This document shows, in pieces, positions 59,046-64,000 of a DNA stretch of 64,000 nt; the stretch's first letter is position 1; every line of letters starts with the position of its first letter. The stretch spans positions 443,336 through 507,335 of the forward strand of contig CAVYJL010000002.1 in assembly GCA_963768865.1 (NCBI GenBank). The letters are read 5' to 3'. The notes under the pieces were generated by a model. It saw only the letters and a list, made by a program, of their open reading frames with translations. It made no database searches and was not told the DNA's origin. The position numbers were made by a program, and so were the translations under genes. This DNA comes from an uncultured Coriobacteriia bacterium. Lineage in GTDB: Bacteria; Actinomycetota; Coriobacteriia; Anaerosomatales; CAVYJL01.

Positions 59046-60905
59046 ATGCGACCTGTAGGGATAACCGATACCACGCTGCGCGACGCGCACCAGTCGCTGT
59101 GGGCCACGCGCATGCAGATCGCGGACATGCTCCCCATCCTTCCCAAGATGGATTCGGTGGGGTACTGGTCGCTCGAGGTCTGGGGCGGCGCCACGTTCGA
59201 CGCCGCGCTGCGCTTCCTGGACGAGAACCCGTGGGAGCGTCTGCGCACCATCAAGAAGCACTGCCCCAACACGCCGCTGCAGATGCTGCTGCGCGGCCAG
59301 AACCTCGTGGGCTACAAGCATTACAGCGACGACATCGTGCGGCGGTTCTGCCACGCTTCCAAGCGCAACGGCATGGACATCTTCCGTTGCTTCGACGCGC
59401 TCAACGACGCCCGCAACCTTGTGACCTGCATCGACGCCATCAAGGAAGTCGGCGGCCACGTCGAGGGCGCGATCTCTTACACCGTAAGTCCGGTGCACAC
59501 GCTGGACACCTATCTCGAGTTCGCCCAGGAGCTCAAAGACATGGGCTCCGACACGATCTGCATCAAGGACATGGCGGGCATGCTCACGCCGTTCCGCACC
59601 GAGAAGCTCGTGCGGGCACTGCGGCGTGAGATCGGTCTGCCGGTGCACGTGCACTGCCACTACATCGGCGGCATGGCCCCGATGAACTACCTCAAGGCCG
59701 TGGAGGCGGGGGCGGAGATCGTGGACACCGCGGTGGTCGCGCTAGCCTTCGGCAACAGCCAGCCGGCCGTGGAGATGATCGTGGCCGCGCTCCAGGAGAG
59801 CGAGTTCGACAGCGGCCTGGACCTGGAGCTCCTCTTCGAGATCGCCGAGTACTGGGAGGGCGTGCGCGAGCACAAGAACCTCAAGCGAGGCATCACCACG
59901 CTGCTGTCCATGGAGGTCTTCAGCCACCAGGTCCCCGGCGGCATGATGTCCAACCTCGTGAGCCAGCTCGAGGTCCAGAAGGCCGGCGACCGTCTCCCCG
60001 ACGTGCTCGAGGAGATCCCGCGCGTCCGTGCCGAGGTAGGCTATCCGCCTCTCGTCACGCCCATGTCGCAGATCGTGGGCACCCAGGCGGTGCTCAACGT
60101 TCTCACCGGCAAGCGATGGAGCGTCGTGCCCAACGAGATGAAGGACTACATCCGGGGGTACTACGGCCGCGCGCCGGGCCCCATGGACAAGGAGATCGTG
60201 GCCAGGGTCCTGGCCGGCGCGGAGCCGCTTCCGGACGACGTCCGTCCCGGCTCGCTCGTGACCACCACCTATGAGGAGATGGCCGCCGAGATCGGCGATC
60301 TCGCGCACAGCGAAGAGGACGTGCTCACGTACGCGCTCTTCCCCAACGAAGCTCGCACCTACCTCAGCGCTCACCGGGAAGGCGCCGAAGCGGCGGTATT
60401 CCTCATGAGCGAGGAGTACTCGACAGTCAAGGAGGACGCGCCCGTGGACGTCGATCAGATCAAGGAGCTCATCCGCGTCGTGGAGATGTCGGACGTGTCC
60501 GAGGTCACCGTGGAAGAGAACGGCATGAAGGTCGTAGTCCGCAAGGGCGGCGTCTCCACGGCCGGTGCGGCCTCCGCACCCTCGGCGCCCGCCGCCGCGC
60601 CCGCCGGAGTCACGGCCCCCGCCGAGGCGGCGCCGGCCGGTCCCGAGGCCAAGCCCGCCGGCTGGAAGCAGGTAGTCTCGCCCATGGTGGGCACCTTCTA
60701 CCGCTCGCCGTCTCCCGGTTCGCCGGTGTTCGTGGACGAAGGCGACGAGTTCGCCGACGGCGCCACGCTGTGCATCGTCGAGGCGATGAAGCTCATGAAC
60801 GAGATCGTGGCCGAGGAGGCCGGCATCGTGCGTGAGATCGCGCTGTCCGACGGCGAGCCCGTCGAGTACGGCACCGTGCTCTTCTGGTACGAGCCGGTAG
60901 CGTAG
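59046..60905 (+). CDS. pyruvate/oxaloacetate carboxyltransferase (PycB/OadA-like) fused in frame to a full AccB-type biotin carrier
   Basis: LRDAHQSL, WGGATFD, IKDMAG, HQVPGGM, GYPPLVTP; C-terminal SPMVGTFY...EAMKLM. Confidence 0.9.
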   Translation: MRPVGITDTTLRDAHQSLWATRMQIADMLPILPKMDSVGYWSLEVWGGATFDAALRFLDENPWERLRTIKKHCPNTPLQMLLRGQNLVGYKHYSDDIVRRFCHASKRNGMDIFRCFDALNDARNLVTCIDAIKEVGGHVEGAISYTVSPVHTLDTYLEFAQELKDMGSDTICIKDMAGMLTPFRTEKLVRALRREIGLPVHVHCHYIGGMAPMNYLKAVEAGAEIVDTAVVALAFGNSQPAVEMIVAALQESEFDSGLDLELLFEIAEYWEGVREHKNLKRGITTLLSMEVFSHQVPGGMMSNLVSQLEVQKAGDRLPDVLEEIPRVRAEVGYPPLVTPMSQIVGTQAVLNVLTGKRWSVVPNEMKDYIRGYYGRAPGPMDKEIVARVLAGAEPLPDDVRPGSLVTTTYEEMAAEIGDLAHSEEDVLTYALFPNEARTYLSAHREGAEAAVFLMSEEYSTVKEDAPVDVDQIKELIRVVEMSDVSEVTVEENGMKVVVRKGGVSTAGAASAPSAPAAAPAGVTAPAEAAPAGPEAKPAGWKQVVSPMVGTFYRSPSPGSPVFVDEGDEFADGATLCIVEAMKLMNEIVAEEAGIVREIALSDGEPVEYGTVLFWYEPVA

Positions 60906-60909
60906 CCCC

Positions 60910-62262
60910 TTGTTCCGGAAGATCCTCATAGCGAACCGCGGCGAGGTCGCGCTCCGCGTCATCCGTTCGTGCAAGGAGATGGGCATCGGGTCCATCGCCG
61001 TGTACTCCGAGGCCGACCGCGACTGCCTGCACGCCCGCATGGCCGACGAGGCCGTGTGCATCGGGCCGGCGCCCTCGGCACAGAGCTACTTGAACATGTC
61101 GGCGGTGATCTCCGCCGGTCTCATGAAGGGTGCCGAGGCGGTCCACCCCGGCTACGGCTTCCTGGCCGAGAACGCCGGCTTCGTCCGCGCCTGCCAGGAC
61201 TCGGGGCTCACGTTCATCGGCCCGTCGCCCGACGCGATCGACCGCATGGGTGACAAAGCGACGGCGCGCGAGACGATGGCCAACGCCGGCGTCCCGGTCG
61301 TGCCCGGCTCCGACGGTCCCGTGACCTCCGAGGCGGAGGCTCGAGTCGCTCGCGGACGCCGTGGGCTACCCGGTGATCATCAAGGCTTCCGCCGGCGGCG
61401 GCGGTCGCGGCATGAGGGTGGTGGAAGCTCCCGAGCAGCTGGGCGCGCAGCTACGCCGCAGCCAAGGCCGAGGCCGCTGTCGGCTTCGGCGACGACACGG
61501 TCTACCTGGAGAAATACCTCACACGGCCCAGGCACGTGGAGTTCCAGATCCTCGCGGACACGCAGGGCAACGCCGTGCATCTGTACGAGCGCGATTGCTC
61601 CATCCAGCGGCGCCATCAGAAGCTCATCGAGGAAGCGCCCAGCCCGGCCCTCACGCCGGAGCTGCGCGCGGCAATGGGCGAGGCAGCCATCAAGGCCGTC
61701 CGGGCCGTGGACTACGTGAACGCCGGGACCGTCGAGTTCCTGCTCGACGAGGACGGCTCGTTCTACTTCATGGAGATGAACACGCGCGTGCAGGTGGAGC
61801 ATCCGGTCACGGAGGCCATCACCGGCGTGGACATCATCAAGGAGCAGATCCGCATCGCCGCGGGCGAGCCCATGAAGCACCGCAGCCAGGACGCTCATCC
61901 CGCTCGACGGTCACGCCATCGAGTTCCGCATCAATGCCGAGGACCCCGACGCCGGCTTCCGCCCCGCCCCGGGTCTGATCGAGGCGTTCGTGCCCGCCGG
62001 AGGCTTCGGCGTGCGCATCGACAGCCACGTGTACTCGGGCTACCGAGTGCCGCCGTACTACGACTCGCTCATCGCCAAGCTCATCGTGTGGGGCGAGACG
62101 CGCGACGAGGCCATCGCCCGTGGCCGCCGCGCGCTGGACGAGTTCATCGTCACCGGCATCCCCACGACCATCCCGTTCCACGAGCGCGTCCTGCGCAACA
62201 GCGCGTTCAAGGCCGGCACGTTCTATACTGACTTCATCGAGCGGGAGTTCGGCGGGGTATGA
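60910..62262 (+). CDS. accC: biotin carboxylase; three apparent frameshifts near 61345, 61450 and 61885
   Basis: [54 protein letters not shown], spread across four ORFs. Confidence 0.95.
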
Positions 62263-62295
62263 TTCCCGGCGTATGCGTCGGGAGGGAGGTGCGCC

Positions 62296-62628
62296 GTGGC
62301 TGACGAGATCAAGCTCGAGAGCATGACGGTCAATCCCGAGGTCCTCCAGACCATCGTCGGTATCGCTACCGCCGAGGTCAAAGGGGTGGCCGGCGTGGAC
62401 GGCTCCGGCTTCGTGGACATCGTCGGTGGCCGCAAGGGCATCGAGGTCTCCGCGGACGAGGAAGGCGCCCTGTCCGTCGCGCTGCACCTGCGCGTCGCAT
62501 ACGGCAACAACATGGTCGAGGTAGCGGGAGACGTGCAGCGAGCCGTTTCCGATGCCCTCGTTGGAATGGCCGGCACCAAGCCCGCCACCGTCGACGTGTT
62601 CGTCGACGGTGTCGTCTTCCCCGAGTAG
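62296..62628 (+). CDS. Asp23/Gls24 family protein
   Basis: VLQTIVGIATAEVKGV...VDVFVDGV; accC-asp23-nusB synteny. Confidence 0.88.
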   Translation: MADEIKLESMTVNPEVLQTIVGIATAEVKGVAGVDGSGFVDIVGGRKGIEVSADEEGALSVALHLRVAYGNNMVEVAGDVQRAVSDALVGMAGTKPATVDVFVDGVVFPE

Positions 62629-62647
62629 TCAGGCGACCTTACCGGAC

Positions 62648-63106
62648 ATGCAGGAACGCCGCCGCGCACGCCACCAGGCCCTTCACATCCTCTACCAGCG
62701 AGAGATCACGGGACAGCCCGTGACCGAGATACTGGCCGAGGATTCGTGGGACGTGCGCCCCGTCTCTCCCGAGGACGTAGGCGAGGGGCTCGAACTCGGA
62801 GAGCTCTCCGAGTTCGCACGACAGCTCCTCTTGGGCGTGGAGGCTAACCAGGACGAGATCGACGGCACCATCGAGCGGCTCTCTCAGCACTGGACGCTGT
62901 CGCGGATGCCGCTCGTGGACCGCAACATCCTGCGCATCGCCGTCTACGAGCTGCTGCACGAGAACACGATCCCATCTTCGGTGACCATCAACGAGGCCGT
63001 GGAGACCGCCAAGCTCTACGGCGGCGATGATTCGTCCAAGTTCGTGAACGGGATCCTCGGCAAGCTCGCGGAGGACACGGACAACGTCGCCGAGGAGGAC
63101 ATCTAG
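62648..63106 (+). CDS. nusB: transcription antitermination factor NusB
   Basis: RRRAR..AL..LYQ, DRNILR, INEAVETAK, FVNGIL. Confidence 0.96.
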   Translation: MQERRRARHQALHILYQREITGQPVTEILAEDSWDVRPVSPEDVGEGLELGELSEFARQLLLGVEANQDEIDGTIERLSQHWTLSRMPLVDRNILRIAVYELLHENTIPSSVTINEAVETAKLYGGDDSSKFVNGILGKLAEDTDNVAEEDI

Positions 63107-63107
63107 G

Positions 63108-63509
63108 ATGGCCGATGAGCAACGAGACACATACGAAGCCACGAAGGCCCGCCTGGAAGAGATCGCAGCGGCGGTCAAGAAGAAGGACGTCTCCCTGGAG
63201 AAGAGCATCGAGCTGCTCGAGGAAGGCGTGCGCCTCGCGAACCTGTGCACCGAGCAGGTGGACCAGGTGAACTTCGTGGCGCCCGCGCCGGCGGATGCCG
63301 ACTCGGCGACGGATGCGGCCGGCGGCGACGCGGGCACGTCGCTCGCTCCTCCCACGGAAGCGGATGTCGCGGACGTCGCGGACACCGGGACCGGATCCGA
63401 CGAGCTCGAAGAGCTGCCTGGCCCCGGCGAGGGGCAGACAGCCTGGGACGAGGCCGTGACCGGGGATCCGGAGGCCGAAGACGCCGAGGGCGAGCCCGCC
63501 TTCGAATGA
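63108..63509 (+). CDS. xseB: exodeoxyribonuclease VII small subunit with acidic C-terminal extension
   Basis: YE....RLEEI......VSLEKSIELLEEG. Confidence 0.85.
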   Translation: MADEQRDTYEATKARLEEIAAAVKKKDVSLEKSIELLEEGVRLANLCTEQVDQVNFVAPAPADADSATDAAGGDAGTSLAPPTEADVADVADTGTGSDELEELPGPGEGQTAWDEAVTGDPEAEDAEGEPAFE

Positions 63510-63646
63510 TCCCCTGGGCGCCTGCGCCCGCGTCTGGGGCCGCGATGCCGCGCGTCGGGGCGACGTAGGCTCCAAAGGGTACGCTGAACAGGGATGACGG
63601 CGCCTGAGTGCGCCGCTGCCGCGCTATAGACGAGGTTCAAGACGCC

Positions 63647-64000
63647 GTGACGCCGGAACGCATATTGGACTCGATCGAGTCGCCCGCGGACCTGCGGGCG
63701 CTCGATACCGTGCAGCTCACGCAGCTCGCGGCCGAGATCCGCGAGGAGCTCGTCAACACCGTGTCCGCTACCGGCGGCCATCTGGCCCCGAACCTAGGCG
63801 TGGTGGAGCTGACCTTGGGCCTGCACCGGGCCCTTCAGTGCCCCGCCGACAAGATCGTCTGGGACGTGGGCCACCAGTCGTACGTGCACAAGCTCGTGAC
63901 GGGGCGCCGCGACGAGTTCCATACCCTGCGTCAGTACGGCGGGATGTGCGGGTTCCCCAAGAAGGCGGAGAGCTGCTACGACGTGTTCGACACGGGGCAC
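63647..64000 (+). CDS. dxs: 1-deoxy-D-xylulose-5-phosphate synthase (5' part, runs off the window)
   Basis: [40 protein letters not shown]. Confidence 0.96.
   Translation, partial: MTPERILDSIESPADLRALDTVQLTQLAAEIREELVNTVSATGGHLAPNLGVVELTLGLHRALQCPADKIVWDVGHQSYVHKLVTGRRDEFHTLRQYGGMCGFPKKAESCYDVFDTGH

Noticed and set aside
60910-62262. Programmed frameshifting or pseudogenisation of accC, hisS and secD
   Set aside because: No slippery sites or in-frame nonsense decay, and the indels are scattered window-wide, which points to sequencing error.

Overview
High-GC bacterial chromosome segment, most consistent with a deep-branching actinobacterium such as Coriobacteriia (inferred from gene order and protein style). 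It is mostly a housekeeping backbone: tgt-yajC-HD-secDF-recJ-rel-MBL-hisS-aspS-6S RNA-rarA-sigB/F-type sigma-alaS-ruvX-mltG, then aroE, and later aroCKBQ-pepP-efp-pycB/accB-accC-asp23-nusB-xseB-dxs. Two accessory blocks are embedded. The first is a minus-strand Fur/Zur-type Zn/Mn ABC operon ending in a membrane-anchored PIG-L deacetylase. The second is a ~24 kb monoderm type IVa pilus region (29.7-53.9 kb). It contains a pilHIG/xap-like ABC module and two PilB paralogues that flank a Roadblock(MglB)-DUF4388/MshEN-small GTPase(MglA)-membrane protein module. It also carries pilT, pilC, two tandem major pilins, pilD, pilMNOP and three minor pilins, and four matching sigma28/WhiG-like promoters precede its gene blocks. 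About 18 single-base frameshifts in 13 genes, some essential, look like long-read assembly errors. No rRNA, tRNA, CRISPR array or mobile element was seen. All family assignments are from motif recognition by eye, not database searches.
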